Notes: a model not told the origin generated them from the sequence alone. Positions 1 through 10,001 are shown, counted from the stretch's first letter. The stretch: DNA of 64,000 nucleotides from Nitrospirota bacterium (GCA_049325335.1 JBMOMC010000037.1:1-64000); one strand, 5' to 3'. Numbers and translations: made by a program.

Positions 1-126
1 CCCGACTTCGCTACTGTCCGTTTCATGCGGCTCCTCCTGTGTGTGCGTTGGGGATGTCTTCGCCGACACCCACTTCACCACATCAGGAGCCGCTACTCCA
101 ATCTCAACTAAGTTTAGGACGATCTC
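1..126 (-). mobile_element. Left end of an IS256-like insertion sequence, running off the window edge; putative transposase ATG at 26 (MKRTVAKSG...)
   Basis: Minus strand reads GAGATCGTCCTAAACTTAGTTGAGA, which resembles IS256-family termini. A hairpin leader, AGGAGG and ATG follow. The element abruptly interrupts a TPR gene at 127. Only 8 transposase codons are visible. Confidence 0.6.
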
Positions 127-330
127 GTCCAGACGAATGGCGGTTCGGTACTCTCTGACTGCACCCTCCAAATCACCTTTCTTCGCAAGCGCTAGACCGC
201 GATTCTCATGAGTAGCTACATCACTTGAGGAAGTGGCCGCGTTGTCCTTTTTCGATAAGGTGTGTTGGCCAGCACAACCTGAGAGAAAAACGTACACGAT
301 CATTACCACAGTAAGATTAAGATTTCTCAT
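127..330 (-). pseudogene. TPR-repeat lipoprotein, 5' part, interrupted by the IS
   Basis: Manual translation: MRNLNLTVVMIVYVFLSGC (lipobox)...HENRGLALAKKGDLEGAVREYRTAIRLD (TPR consensus). TPR similarity stops exactly at the IS end. Confidence 0.7.
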
Positions 331-654
331 TTCTAATCTCCGACCTCGTATTGTGGCAATAAGATTTGTTTTTGAACCTCCCCACCAAACTGGACCAGCC
401 CCTAAAATTCAACGTCCAGACTGAACCTTCTTTGTACATGTTTTTGGCACAGGTCGCTTGAGACCTCGTTGTCCCGCCTGATCCTCACTTCGTACGTAAC
501 ACTCGCGTACTGGACAGTGGCTGGGGCTGATCGCCCCTTCTTGACCGGTTGGAACGGGTTGCTGTACGCCAGTTGCGTCGGGCATCCGCCAGACTGGGAG
601 ATCTGGCGCGTCTTGGATCGTAGCGGATTAGTCTGCGACGTGAGCGTCGGCAGC

Positions 655-927
655 TTAGGCATACTGGACACGGAGTGTACTTTCCAGGACCTCCGCATCG
701 TCGGGGATCGGCTCCCCGTGTTTTTTCAGACTCTGTAAATAGACCGCAATAGCGTCGCACGCCATCGAGCGGGCATCCTCGACCGTCGCGCCATAGGTCA
801 CACAACCCGGAAGCGATGGAACGATCACCGTGTATCCACCTTCAGGTTCCGGCCGCAACAGGATTCGGTACGACAACTCTCTCTTGGGTTTGCGGGATAG
901 CACGGTTTTCCGACGTTTAGTGGCCAT
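655..927 (-). CDS. hicB: HicB-family antitoxin
   Basis: EPEGGYTVIVPSLPGCVTYGATVEDA...AIAVYL...GEPIP is the HicB signature. Confidence 0.85.
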   Translation of the reverse strand: MATKRRKTVLSRKPKRELSYRILLRPEPEGGYTVIVPSLPGCVTYGATVEDARSMACDAIAVYLQSLKKHGEPIPDDAEVLESTLRVQYA

Positions 928-983
928 TTCTCGATCTCGCGTATGAGGTCCTTGGGCAAACCGCGCTGAGCAGTACGCGATTG

Positions 984-1013
984 ATCGTAGCGGATTGCGC
1001 GGAACGTGGTCAA
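984..1013 (-). promoter_or_regulatory. Putative sigma70 promoter of hicB
   Basis: TTGACC-N18-TACGAT on the minus strand. Confidence 0.4.
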
Positions 1014-1153
1014 GCGCACGCTATCAAGCCGTTCGACAGCTATGCCGCTGTCACAAACACGTCATATTTCCGCCACGATGCTGTGATGCAGGGTTGGTAT
1101 CGTGAGCCCCGTTGGACAGAGCGAACTCGGGCACGAAACCACGCGAGGGACTT

Positions 1154-2113
1154 ATGTTGATTCAGCGAGCGCCGGATGTGAAGTCGTCGGAGATTACGCC
1201 ACGGGCCGCGGTCATGGATCGGCGCGCGTTTCTGGAGTCTGCGGGACGACTCGCCCTCGTCGGCGCGGCCATGGGTGCGGTGCCTGGACTCTTGAGGCCC
1301 GTGTCGGCGTTTGCGGGCACCAAGTTGGACGGGGTCAACCCAGGACCGTTCGGGACCGACGAGGCCAGGACCTCGTATGCCAATGTGACGTCGTACAACA
1401 ATTTTTACGAGTTCTCGACCGACAAGGAAGAACCCGCGGTGCTCGCCAAGGGGTTCAAGCCCAGACCGTGGACGCTCATGGTGGACGGTGAAGTGGCCCG
1501 GCCGGCGGCGTACGAGCTGAGCGACTTTATCAAACCCTACACCCTGGAAGAACGGGTCTACCGCCACCGGTGCGTGGAGGCGTGGTCCATGGTGATTCCG
1601 TGGGTGGGAATTCCGTTGCGTGACGTGATTGCGCGCGCGCAGCCCACGTCCAAGGCGCGTTACGTGGCGTTCACCACGTTGCACGATCCCGCGCGGATGC
1701 CGGGCCAGCGCCGGCCGGTACTGGACTGGCCGTACGTCGAAGGGCTGCGCGTGGACGAGGCCATGCACCCGCTGACCATCCTGGCGGTCGGGTTGTACGG
1801 CGAGACCCTGCCGAATCAGAACGGCGCGCCGCTTCGGTTGGTGGTGCCGTGGAAGTACGGCTTCAAGGGCATCAAGTCGATCGTGAAGATCTCGTTCACG
1901 CAGCAACAGCCGCCCACCACGTGGTCGGCTATGAATCCGCGCGAGTACGGGTTCTACGCGAACGTGAATCCTACGGTGGATCATCCGCGCTGGAGCCAGG
2001 CGAGCGAGCGGCGGATCGGCGAGTTTCGCAAGCGCAAGACCCTGTTGTTCAACGGCTACGCCGACCAGGTGGCGAACCTGTACACAGGCATGAACCTGGC
2101 CACCAATTTTTGA
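1154..2113 (+). CDS. msrP: Protein-methionine-sulfoxide reductase catalytic subunit MsrP
   Basis: SEITP N-terminus, Tat motif [35 protein letters not shown]. Confidence 0.97.
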   Translation: MLIQRAPDVKSSEITPRAAVMDRRAFLESAGRLALVGAAMGAVPGLLRPVSAFAGTKLDGVNPGPFGTDEARTSYANVTSYNNFYEFSTDKEEPAVLAKGFKPRPWTLMVDGEVARPAAYELSDFIKPYTLEERVYRHRCVEAWSMVIPWVGIPLRDVIARAQPTSKARYVAFTTLHDPARMPGQRRPVLDWPYVEGLRVDEAMHPLTILAVGLYGETLPNQNGAPLRLVVPWKYGFKGIKSIVKISFTQQQPPTTWSAMNPREYGFYANVNPTVDHPRWSQASERRIGEFRKRKTLLFNGYADQVANLYTGMNLATNF

Positions 2114-2131
2114 GCGAGAGGAGCGACGCGC

Positions 2132-2989
2132 ATGTTGACTCGTGTGATGCCGAAAATCTTGGCTCTCCCCGCCCTGGGGCCGGCGGTCTTTTTGGTGTGC
2201 CTGGCTCCGCTCGCGTGGCTGCTGTGGCGCGGACTGACCGATGATCTCGGGGCGAACCCGATCGAGGCGCTCGTGCGCAGCACCGGACGATGGACCCTGA
2301 TCTTTCTGCTGATCTCCTTGGCCGTGACGCCGGCCGGACGATTGCCGGGCGTCAACCGGATCGTTCGATTCCGGCGCCTGTTCGGGCTCTTCGCGTTTTT
2401 CTACGCGTGCCTGCACACCGCGACCTACGTCGGGGTCGATCAGTTTTTCGCGTGGCAGGATATTGTGGCTGACGTGATCAAGCGGCCGTTCATCACGATC
2501 GGCGTCGTGAGCTTCGCGGCCTTGGTGCCTTTGGCCGCGACCTCGACCAACGCCATGATCCGGCGCTTGGGTGGACGGCGCTGGAAGGTGCTGCACCGAC
2601 TGGTGTATGCGATCGCGATCGGCGGGGTGGTTCACTATTTCTGGCTGGTCAAGGCCGACGTGCGCCAGCCCTTGATCTACGCCAGCCTGTTGACCGCGCT
2701 GCTGGGGATTCGGCTCTACATGACCACCGGGGTCATCGCTCGATCTCCCGGCCGCTCACCGAAATACACACAACCTGCCCACCTCTTCGATCCGTTCCTT
2801 CCACCCGCAATGTCGGTGCAGGTCGTAGACCTCGGACGGCGCGGCTCCCAGGTCGTTCCGGATCGCCTGGGAAAGCACGCGCGACGCGGTGGGTTTGATC
2901 GAGAGGCCGGAGCGCAGCACGGTGTAGGAGGCGGAGTCCAGCTCCCCGTCCGTGAGGACGAGTCGACGGCGCGCGTGGTCGAAGCGTAA
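2132..2989 (+). CDS. msrQ: Heme-binding membrane subunit MsrQ, C-terminally extended
   Basis: GANP...TGRW, RRLFGL..F.Y..LH, LAATS, W..LHRLVY, HYFW; lies directly after msrP. Confidence 0.93.
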   Translation: MLTRVMPKILALPALGPAVFLVCLAPLAWLLWRGLTDDLGANPIEALVRSTGRWTLIFLLISLAVTPAGRLPGVNRIVRFRRLFGLFAFFYACLHTATYVGVDQFFAWQDIVADVIKRPFITIGVVSFAALVPLAATSTNAMIRRLGGRRWKVLHRLVYAIAIGGVVHYFWLVKADVRQPLIYASLLTALLGIRLYMTTGVIARSPGRSPKYTQPAHLFDPFLPPAMSVQVVDLGRRGSQVVPDRLGKHARRGGFDREAGAQHGVGGGVQLPVREDESTARVVEA

Positions 2990-3490
2990 GACGCCGATGA
3001 TGTACCCGTACGGGATCATCAGGCAGACGCGGGCCCCGTCCGCGCCCATGAGCACGTTCGGCGCGTCATCCACGTCCGCGGCTTCGGGGTCCGACGTGGT
3101 TTGTTCGGTCAGCCCGATTTGCGAGAGGTCGTCGGCCTCGTACACGCAGAGATAGGCGTCGTAGCGCGTCACGAGTCCGAGACCGATGCCGGTGCCGACC
3201 GGCTCCAACCCATACCCTCTGGCGAACCGCTCCACGCCGAATTCCGCGGCCACGATCGCGTGACGCGACGGGTCGAGCGGCGTGGCCGCGTATGAGCGGG
3301 CGAAAAAATGCATTCGATGTTTCGGCGGGTCCGCGGCGGAACTTAAGATGACCGGCACGTCGCCGCCGAGTTGGTCGGCGCCGCGCCACATGCCGATGCT
3401 GCAATACGCGGCGTGGCACAAGACGCCGGGACGTCCGACGTGCGCGGCCAGGACCTCGGCCAATGGGCGTTGCTCAGCGATCGGCCTCAT
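2756..3490 (-). CDS. Hypothetical protein
   Basis: ~245-aa ORF with protein-like composition; its start overlaps the end of the GNAT gene; no recognised motif. Confidence 0.6.
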   Translation of the reverse strand: MRPIAEQRPLAEVLAAHVGRPGVLCHAAYCSIGMWRGADQLGGDVPVILSSAADPPKHRMHFFARSYAATPLDPSRHAIVAAEFGVERFARGYGLEPVGTGIGLGLVTRYDAYLCVYEADDLSQIGLTEQTTSDPEAADVDDAPNVLMGADGARVCLMIPYGYIIGVLRFDHARRRLVLTDGELDSASYTVLRSGLSIKPTASRVLSQAIRNDLGAAPSEVYDLHRHCGWKERIEEVGRLCVFR

Positions 3491-3947
3491 CACCGACTCC
3501 CCGTTCGATCGCGTACAACCAGAAGTCTTCTTCCGGAGCTTTGGAATGGACCCGGCCCCTCACCATGGCCTCGCGCCGCATCCCGAGCTTGTGCAGCACG
3601 CGCGCGGACGCCGGGTTGGCGATCTGGCAGCGCGCCTCGACGCGCCGCAACGCCATGTCGGAAAAACCGTACTCCACCACCGCGCGGCAGGCTTCGGTCA
3701 TATACCCCTGGCCCCACATGGCTTGAACGATCCCGAACCCGATTTCCGCGACGCCCGCCTCAGGCTCCCACCGGATGAACCCGATCAGACCGATGACCTG
3801 CTCAAGATGTTTCGGCGCAATGCGCCACTGATTCGGAAGTCCGGTTCGAGCGGTCGGTTCCCCGTTGGAAGCCGCGTCAGCCTCCCCCTCGCCCGTCGGC
3901 TGCAAGATGAGCCGAGGGGTCTCCAGCCGCCTCGGCGTCCACGACAT
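3474..3947 (-). CDS. RimJ/RimL-family GNAT acetyltransferase
   Basis: LETPRLIL, AEIGF...WGQGYMTEA, N.AS.RVL.KLG. Confidence 0.88.
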   Translation of the reverse strand: MSWTPRRLETPRLILQPTGEGEADAASNGEPTARTGLPNQWRIAPKHLEQVIGLIGFIRWEPEAGVAEIGFGIVQAMWGQGYMTEACRAVVEYGFSDMALRRVEARCQIANPASARVLHKLGMRREAMVRGRVHSKAPEEDFWLYAIERGVGDEADR

Positions 3948-3955
3948 CGTCAGAC

Positions 3956-4075
3956 GCCTGTCCATGAACGGTCATCTGCGGCGTTGCCGCTGCGCATCCG
4001 CTCCTCACGTACCCACCACGTACGCTCCGGTGCGGTGCTCGCGGCGCCTTGCATCTGACGCATTCCTGAACAGGC
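3956..4075. repeat. Structured ~120-bp intergenic repeat, copy 1
   Basis: Terminal inverted repeat gcctgtccatgaa/ttcctgaacaggc. Core ctgcggcgttgc...ctcacgtac-N7-gtacgctccg...gcgccttgcatc is shared with copies 2 and 3. Confidence 0.9.
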
Positions 4076-4103
4076 TCGAAAACTCGCGTATCCGGACAGG
4101 GCT

Positions 4104-4463
4104 CTACAGGCGCCGAAAGAGCGCGACCAGATCGCTGACGGCTTTCGCACGCTCTTGAAGTTGCGCGCCCAACGCGCGCGCTTCGTCCACGGCTTTGGAC
4201 TTGTCCCCGCCCGCAGCCTCGAGGCGGAGCCGTTCGATCCGCGCATCGAGTTCCGCGAAATTCTGTTTGACGACCTGGTTGGTGTCGAACACGGGCGCGA
4301 GCGCGGCGCGGATCTGGTCGATTTGTGCGTGGAGCACCTCGGCCGGCAACTGCGCGGCGGACGCCGGATCGTAGATCGCGCGCAACGCCTGTCCCACGAA
4401 CGCGTAGTATTTGCCCACGTCGGCCGCGGTTTTCAATAACAACGCCTTACCTTCATCAGTCAT
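4104..4463 (-). CDS. Hypothetical helical protein (119 aa)
   Basis: AGGAG RBS upstream of ATG; lies between repeat copies 1 and 2. Confidence 0.7.
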   Translation of the reverse strand: MTDEGKALLLKTAADVGKYYAFVGQALRAIYDPASAAQLPAEVLHAQIDQIRAALAPVFDTNQVVKQNFAELDARIERLRLEAAGGDKSKAVDEARALGAQLQERAKAVSDLVALFRRL

Positions 4464-4476
4464 GATTTTTCTCCTG

Positions 4477-4602
4477 GGAGCGTGTTCCGGGAAAGCCGTC
4501 TGCGGCGTTGCCCCTTGCGCTCCGGTCCTCACGTACATGTCGCGTACGCTCCGGTCCGGTGCTCAGCGGCGCCTTGCATCCAGCCTTCCCGGAACACGCT
4601 CC
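4477..4602. repeat. Structured intergenic repeat, copy 2
   Basis: Perfect 17-bp terminal inverted repeat ggagcgtgttccgggaa/ttcccggaacacgctcc with the same core. Confidence 0.9.
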
Positions 4603-6371
4603 TACGTTGGTTTCGGCGGTAGCGCCACCCGGATCGACAACTCCCGCAGTTGTTTGTCGTCCACCGGGCTCGGCGCGTTGGTCATGGGGCACACCGCCTT
4701 TTGGGTCTTGGGGAACGCAATCACGTCGCGGATCGATTCGGCGCCGACCAGCAACATCACCAGACGGTCCAGACCGAACGCGATTCCGCCGTGCGGCGGC
4801 GCGCCGTACTGGAGCGCGTCCAGCAGAAACCCGAACTTGGCGTCCGCGTCCTCTTTGCCGATCCCGAGCAACGAGAACATGCGCGACTGCACCTCTTGAC
4901 GATGGATACGGATGCTGCCCCCCCCGATCTCCGAGCCGTTCAACACCATGTCGTACGCCTTGGCGCGCGCGACGCCGGGATCTGATTCGAGCTTCGGCAC
5001 GTCCTCGTCCATGGGCTCGGTGAACGGATGGTGCATCGCGACCCAGCGCTTCTCCTCCGCGTCGTACTCGAGCAACGGGAAATCCAGCACCCAGAGGACA
5101 TTGAACGTCGTGTCGTCGATCAACTTCAGCCGTCTGCCCAGCGACAGACGCAGCGCGCCCAACACCGCATGGGTAGTAGCCGGCGCGTCCGCCACGAACA
5201 ACAGGAGGTCGCCAGGTTGTCCGTCCAGCGCACGGACCACCGCGTTCAATGTGGCCTCGTCGAAAAACTTGGCGATCGGCGACTCCACGCCCGAGGTCGT
5301 GACCTTGAGCCAGGCGAGGCCTTTGGCGCCGAGCGCCTTGGCCTCGTTGGTGATGTCGTCCAGCTCCTTGCGCGACCAGCCGGCTTGGCCCGAGGCATTG
5401 ATCCCCTTGACCAGTCCGCCCTTGTCCACGGTCTGCCGGAACACCTGGAACGCGGCGGTCTTGACGAGCGCCGACACGTCGCGCAACTCCATGCCGAATC
5501 GCGTGTCCGGCTTATCCACCCCATAACGCGCCATGGCATCGGCGTAGGACAGGCGAGGGAACGGCCGCGGCAATGTCACGCCCTTGATCTCTGTGAACAA
5601 GGTCGCGATCATCTCTTCCATCAACGACAACACGTCCTCGCGGTCGATGAAGGACATCTCGATATCGACCTGCGTGAACTCGGGCTGTCGGTCCGCGCGC
5701 AGGTCCTCGTCGCGAAAACACTTCACGATCTGGTAGTAACGATCAAAGCCTGCCACCATCAACAACTGTTTGAAGAGCTGCGGCGATTGCGGGAGCGCGA
5801 AAAACTGACCCGGGTTCACGCGGCTCGGCACCAGGTAATCGCGCGCGCCCTCCGGCGTGCTTTTGGTGAGCACCGGGGTCTCCACGTCCAGAAATCCGTG
5901 CCCGTTGAGAAACGAGCGCACCAAGCTGGTCACGCGGTGACGCAGCAGAAAATGTTGTTGGATCTCGGGACGACGCAGGTCCAGGTAGCGATACTTGAGC
6001 CGCACGGTTTCGGCCACGTCGCCCGGCGCGTCGATCTGAAACGGCGGCGTCTTGGCCTCGTTGAGAATCGACAAGTGCGTGACCGCGACTTCGATCTGGC
6101 CCGTGGGGAGGTTGGCGTTCTCGGTTCCGGCCGGCCGCGCGGTCACCCGTCCCGTGACTTCCAACACGTATTCGCTGCGCACCTCGTGCGCCATCGCGGT
6201 GCCGCCCCGGGTTTCAGGCGTGACCACGATCTGCACCAAGCCGCTGCGATCGCGCACGTCGATGAACGCCAGCCCGCCGTGATCGCGCCGCCGATGCACC
6301 CACCCGACCACGGTCACGTCCTGTCCGATATGGCCGGCCCGCAGCTCCCCGCAGTAGTGCGTGCGTTTCAT
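4602..6371 (-). CDS. aspS: Aspartate--tRNA ligase
   Basis: [55 protein letters not shown]. Confidence 0.99.
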   Translation of the reverse strand: MKRTHYCGELRAGHIGQDVTVVGWVHRRRDHGGLAFIDVRDRSGLVQIVVTPETRGGTAMAHEVRSEYVLEVTGRVTARPAGTENANLPTGQIEVAVTHLSILNEAKTPPFQIDAPGDVAETVRLKYRYLDLRRPEIQQHFLLRHRVTSLVRSFLNGHGFLDVETPVLTKSTPEGARDYLVPSRVNPGQFFALPQSPQLFKQLLMVAGFDRYYQIVKCFRDEDLRADRQPEFTQVDIEMSFIDREDVLSLMEEMIATLFTEIKGVTLPRPFPRLSYADAMARYGVDKPDTRFGMELRDVSALVKTAAFQVFRQTVDKGGLVKGINASGQAGWSRKELDDITNEAKALGAKGLAWLKVTTSGVESPIAKFFDEATLNAVVRALDGQPGDLLLFVADAPATTHAVLGALRLSLGRRLKLIDDTTFNVLWVLDFPLLEYDAEEKRWVAMHHPFTEPMDEDVPKLESDPGVARAKAYDMVLNGSEIGGGSIRIHRQEVQSRMFSLLGIGKEDADAKFGFLLDALQYGAPPHGGIAFGLDRLVMLLVGAESIRDVIAFPKTQKAVCPMTNAPSPVDDKQLRELSIRVALPPKPT

Positions 6372-6375
6372 CCGA

Positions 6376-7161
6376 TCACCGCGCCCCCGCGGCCGCGCGC
6401 CGCGGCGAGCCGTCGCGTTTTGCCGTTTTGGGCGCGTCGAAGGCCAGGGCCTTGAGCCGTTTGACCTCGCCCGGCGTCAGCAGCCTCGCCTCGCCGCGCG
6501 GCAGAGTCCCCAGCGGGATGCCCGCGTAGTGCGTGCGGATCAACTTCAACACGGAATGGTCCAATCGTTCCAACATAACGCGAATCTGCCGTTTCTTGCC
6601 CTCGTGCAAGGTAACCTCCAACCATTCGTTTTGCTCGGCCTGGCGCATCCGGCGCACGCGGCACGGCGCGGACCGTCCGGGCCCGAGATAGATCCCGCCC
6701 GCCTCCAACTTGGCGACGTTCTCGTCGGAAATTTTGCCCTTGATCTTCACGGCGTAGACTTTCGGCACCTCGCGGCTGGGGTGCATCAGTCCGTTGGCCA
6801 GTTCGCCGTCGTTGGTGAGCAACAGCAGTCCCTCGGTGTCGAAGTCCAACCGCCCGACCGGAAAGACGCGGCCGCGGAGGCCGCGAATCAAGTCCACGAT
6901 CGTGGGACGTCCCTCGGGATCGCTCATGGTCGTGACGTACCCCTTGGGCTTATGCAGCATGGCGTAGACCAACGGGGTCTTGAACTGCAACAATTTGCCG
7001 CGGACTTTAATGTGGTCTTTGTCCGGATCGGCTTTGGTGCCGAGTTCGGTCGCCACGCGGCCGTTGATCGTGACCTCGCCGTCGAGGATCAATTGCTCGG
7101 ACGCGCGTCGGGACGCGATTCCGGCGCGGGCCATCAGTTTTTGGAGGCGTTCTTCAGGCAT
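6376..7161 (-). CDS. RluB/RsuA-family rRNA pseudouridine synthase
   Basis: S4 domain [39 protein letters not shown]. Confidence 0.95.
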   Translation of the reverse strand: MPEERLQKLMARAGIASRRASEQLILDGEVTINGRVATELGTKADPDKDHIKVRGKLLQFKTPLVYAMLHKPKGYVTTMSDPEGRPTIVDLIRGLRGRVFPVGRLDFDTEGLLLLTNDGELANGLMHPSREVPKVYAVKIKGKISDENVAKLEAGGIYLGPGRSAPCRVRRMRQAEQNEWLEVTLHEGKKRQIRVMLERLDHSVLKLIRTHYAGIPLGTLPRGEARLLTPGEVKRLKALAFDAPKTAKRDGSPRRAAAGAR

Positions 7162-7211
7162 GACCGAGGGCTGGATTCTGGCACACGGTCCAGGGCTTGT
7201 CAACGAAACCC

Positions 7212-7380
7212 AGCGCCTGTCCATGAACGGCCACCTGCTGCGTTGCCGCTGCACTTCCGGTGCTCACGTACGACCCAGTACGCTCCGCTCCGGTTCTCCG
7301 GCGCCTTGTGACCCACTTTCAAGAAATCCAATGGTGGAAATCCCCGGCGGGGGCATCTGACCCGTTCCTGAACAGGCGCT
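7212..7380. repeat. Structured intergenic repeat, copy 3, with a ~45-bp internal insertion
   Basis: Terminal inverted repeat agcgcctgtccatgaacgg/ccgttcctgaacaggcgct. The core gcgccttg|catctga is split by extra sequence at ~7309-7353. Confidence 0.88.
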
Positions 7381-7388
7381 ACCCGGTG

Positions 7389-8195
7389 TTACTCAAACAC
7401 GCGTGAGCCCAGGTACATGCCGATCGCGCCGCAGGCGGCCACGTTCAGCGATTCCGCGCGGCGCTCGCGGATCGGAATGCGCACGCGATGATCGGCCAGC
7501 GCGAGTAGCTCGGTCGTCGGACCGGCGGCCTCGTTCCCAAGCGCGAACACTAACCGTTCCGACTGTTGTAGGCGGGACGGCGCATCGTCCCCGCGTACGT
7601 CCGCGACCGCCACATGATATCGGCGTTCCTTGAGCCGCGTGATCAGATTCAAATACGCGGGCGTCCGCCGCATCGTCACGGACAACACGGTTCCGCTGGA
7701 CGCCTGCACGCTCTTGGGCGCGAGCGGGTCCGCACAACCCTCGCTGAGGATGACCAGCGAGTAGTCGAACGCGGCCGCGGTGCGGATGAGCGCGCCCACG
7801 TTACCCGGATCTTGAATCGCTTCGAGCGCCAGCACGCGCGGCCCCACGTCGCTCGGCAGGTGATCCGCGTACACGTCATCCGGTTGGCGGACGATGGCCA
7901 CCGCGCCCTGCGGCGTCTTGGTCTGACAGATCGCGTCGAGCTGCCGCCGCGTGGCGGACCGCACGGGAACGCCCTCGCAGTCCGACGCGTGCTCCGCGAT
8001 CATGATGAGTTCGACCACCGCGTCCGGGCGGCTCGTGAGCACCTGCTGAATCGCGCGATGCCCTTCGACCATGAACAGCCCCGCCGCCTGCCGCCCCTTC
8101 TTGTCGGCCAGGGACTTGTACTGTTTCATCAGCGAGGCGGTCAGCGGACGCGGCCCGCCCGATGTGCGCGACGCCCCGATGGGTCCGTCAGTCAC
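7389..8195 (-). CDS. TrmH/SpoU-family RNA methyltransferase
   Basis: IQDPGNVGALIRTA, GNEAAG, ESLNVAA. Confidence 0.93.
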   Translation of the reverse strand: MTDGPIGASRTSGGPRPLTASLMKQYKSLADKKGRQAAGLFMVEGHRAIQQVLTSRPDAVVELIMIAEHASDCEGVPVRSATRRQLDAICQTKTPQGAVAIVRQPDDVYADHLPSDVGPRVLALEAIQDPGNVGALIRTAAAFDYSLVILSEGCADPLAPKSVQASSGTVLSVTMRRTPAYLNLITRLKERRYHVAVADVRGDDAPSRLQQSERLVFALGNEAAGPTTELLALADHRVRIPIRERRAESLNVAACGAIGMYLGSRVFE

Positions 8196-8207
8196 GCGGC
8201 CCGCCGC

Positions 8208-10001
8208 TCACAATGCCATGAAAAATGTCGCGCCCTTGCCCACCTCGGCTTCGGCCCAGATGCGTCCGCCGTGGCGATGGATGATCCGCTGCACCGTGGC
8301 CAAACCGATACCGGTGCCCTCGAACTCCTCACGGGTATGGAGCCGCTGAAACGCGCCGAACAGCTTCTGACCGTAGGCCATATTAAACCCCGCGCCATTG
8401 TCCCGGACGAACAACACGGGCGCGCCGTCGCGCTCGGTCCGGCCGACTTCAATGGTCGCAGCCGGCACCTTGGAGGTGAACTTCCACGCGTTGCCGAGAA
8501 GGTTTTCCAGGACGATCCGCATCAGACGACGATCCGCCTCGGCGGTGAGGCCGTCGTGAATCGTGACGGTCACGCGCCGCGTCGGCTCGGCCCGTTGCAG
8601 ATCCGCAGCCACCGTCCTGGCCAACGCGGACACGTCCAACGGCCGTCGCTCCATGTCGCTCCGGCCGATCCGGGCCAGGCTCAACAGGGCCTCGATCAGC
8701 TCCGCCATCCGGTTGGTCGCGGCGTGGACCCGCCGGAGCGCGGCCCGCCCCTGTTCGTCGAGCCGGTCGGAGTAATCGGCCAACAGAGCCTGGCTGAATC
8801 CGTTGATCGCCCGCAGCGGCCCGCGCAGGTCGTGGGAGACGGAGTAGCTGAAACTTTCCAACTCGGCGTTCGCCGCCTTGAGCTCCGACGTTCGTTGCGC
8901 GACCCGCTCCTCCAGGTCACGATTGAGTCTCTGGATCTCATCTTCCGCCCGCTTGCGCTCGGTGAGGTCAGTGATGAAGCCCTCCAAGAAGAGCAGATCG
9001 CCCGCGTCGGCAAAGACACCCTGCCCCCGCTCCCACACCCACCTTTCATCTCCGGCCGCGGTGCGAAGTCGATACACCAACTCGAAGGGTTGCCGCTTCG
9101 CCAGGGCCGCTTGGACGTCATCCCAGACCGGCTCCCGGTCGTCCGGGTGGATGAGCGTTCCATAGGCAATCTTCTTCTCAATGAAATCAGAGGCCGGGTA
9201 ACCAGTGAGCACTAGCGCCCCATCGCTCATGAATTCCACGGTCCAATCCCGGTCGTTCCGGCAGCGGTAGACCGCGCCCGGAAGATTGCTCAAGAGAGTG
9301 GCGAAGGTTCTCCGACTCTCGCGCAGGGCTTCTTCCGCCCGCTTGCGGTCCGTGATATCGAGTCCAAAAGAGATCGTGCCGACCACCGCGTTCCCTTGGC
9401 GGACTTCATTGTTTCGCCACAGGATAAACCGTTCCTCTCCGGATTTCGTTTGTATCGGATTCTGGAATGTCTTGGGAGTTCCACCGGAGAGAATTCGATG
9501 AAACTCGTCCCAGACCAAGGGATACCGACTTTTCGGAACGATGACATCAAACCAGTTCTGGCCTCTCAGTTCCGCCTCCGTGTACCCCGTTAGCTCCGCG
9601 CCGGCGTGATTGAGCCTCCTGACACATCCGTCAACGTCCAATCGAACAACCAGGACATTGGCCGTCTGAATCAGGTTCTCGGAGTACATTTCAGCGTCAC
9701 GTAAGACCTCCATCGAACGTTTAAAACCGCGAAAACTTGGGGCAACGTAGTAGAGACCAATCACCATGAGGAGGGAAATCACGAGCGCAACGGTTTCCGC
9801 TACGGGATCGATCGGGCGAGGGATCTCGCCTCTGCTCAACCCATACAGCGTGATGACCCGCCGCACCGCCATGAGTGAAATGGCCGATGCCACACAGACC
9901 CAGGCCGTCACCCAGCCGGTCACGCGGATCAGCCGGAACGCCAATGCCGCGGCCGTCACCTGCAGGACCGTGGAGATCGTCAGGATGACGCCAACCAACA
10001 T
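8208..10001 (-). CDS. Membrane-bound PAS-PAS sensor histidine kinase
   Basis: N-terminal TM helices, two PAS/PAC domains, SVSHDLRGPL, NLLGNAWKF, DNGAGF, GTGIGLA. Confidence 0.95.
   Translation of the reverse strand: MLVGVILTISTVLQVTAAALAFRLIRVTGWVTAWVCVASAISLMAVRRVITLYGLSRGEIPRPIDPVAETVALVISLLMVIGLYYVAPSFRGFKRSMEVLRDAEMYSENLIQTANVLVVRLDVDGCVRRLNHAGAELTGYTEAELRGQNWFDVIVPKSRYPLVWDEFHRILSGGTPKTFQNPIQTKSGEERFILWRNNEVRQGNAVVGTISFGLDITDRKRAEEALRESRRTFATLLSNLPGAVYRCRNDRDWTVEFMSDGALVLTGYPASDFIEKKIAYGTLIHPDDREPVWDDVQAALAKRQPFELVYRLRTAAGDERWVWERGQGVFADAGDLLFLEGFITDLTERKRAEDEIQRLNRDLEERVAQRTSELKAANAELESFSYSVSHDLRGPLRAINGFSQALLADYSDRLDEQGRAALRRVHAATNRMAELIEALLSLARIGRSDMERRPLDVSALARTVAADLQRAEPTRRVTVTIHDGLTAEADRRLMRIVLENLLGNAWKFTSKVPAATIEVGRTERDGAPVLFVRDNGAGFNMAYGQKLFGAFQRLHTREEFEGTGIGLATVQRIIHRHGGRIWAEAEVGKGATFFMAL

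Noticed and set aside
445..462. Sigma54 promoter (TGGCAC...TTG)
   Set aside because: GG-to-GC spacing and the -12 element do not fit; the same applies to the candidate near 14856-14872.
3956..7380. CRISPR array or integron attC sites
   Set aside because: Copies are ~120 bp and separated by whole genes including aspS. There is no spacer periodicity, no cas or intI gene, and no RYYYAAC/GTTRRRY ends.
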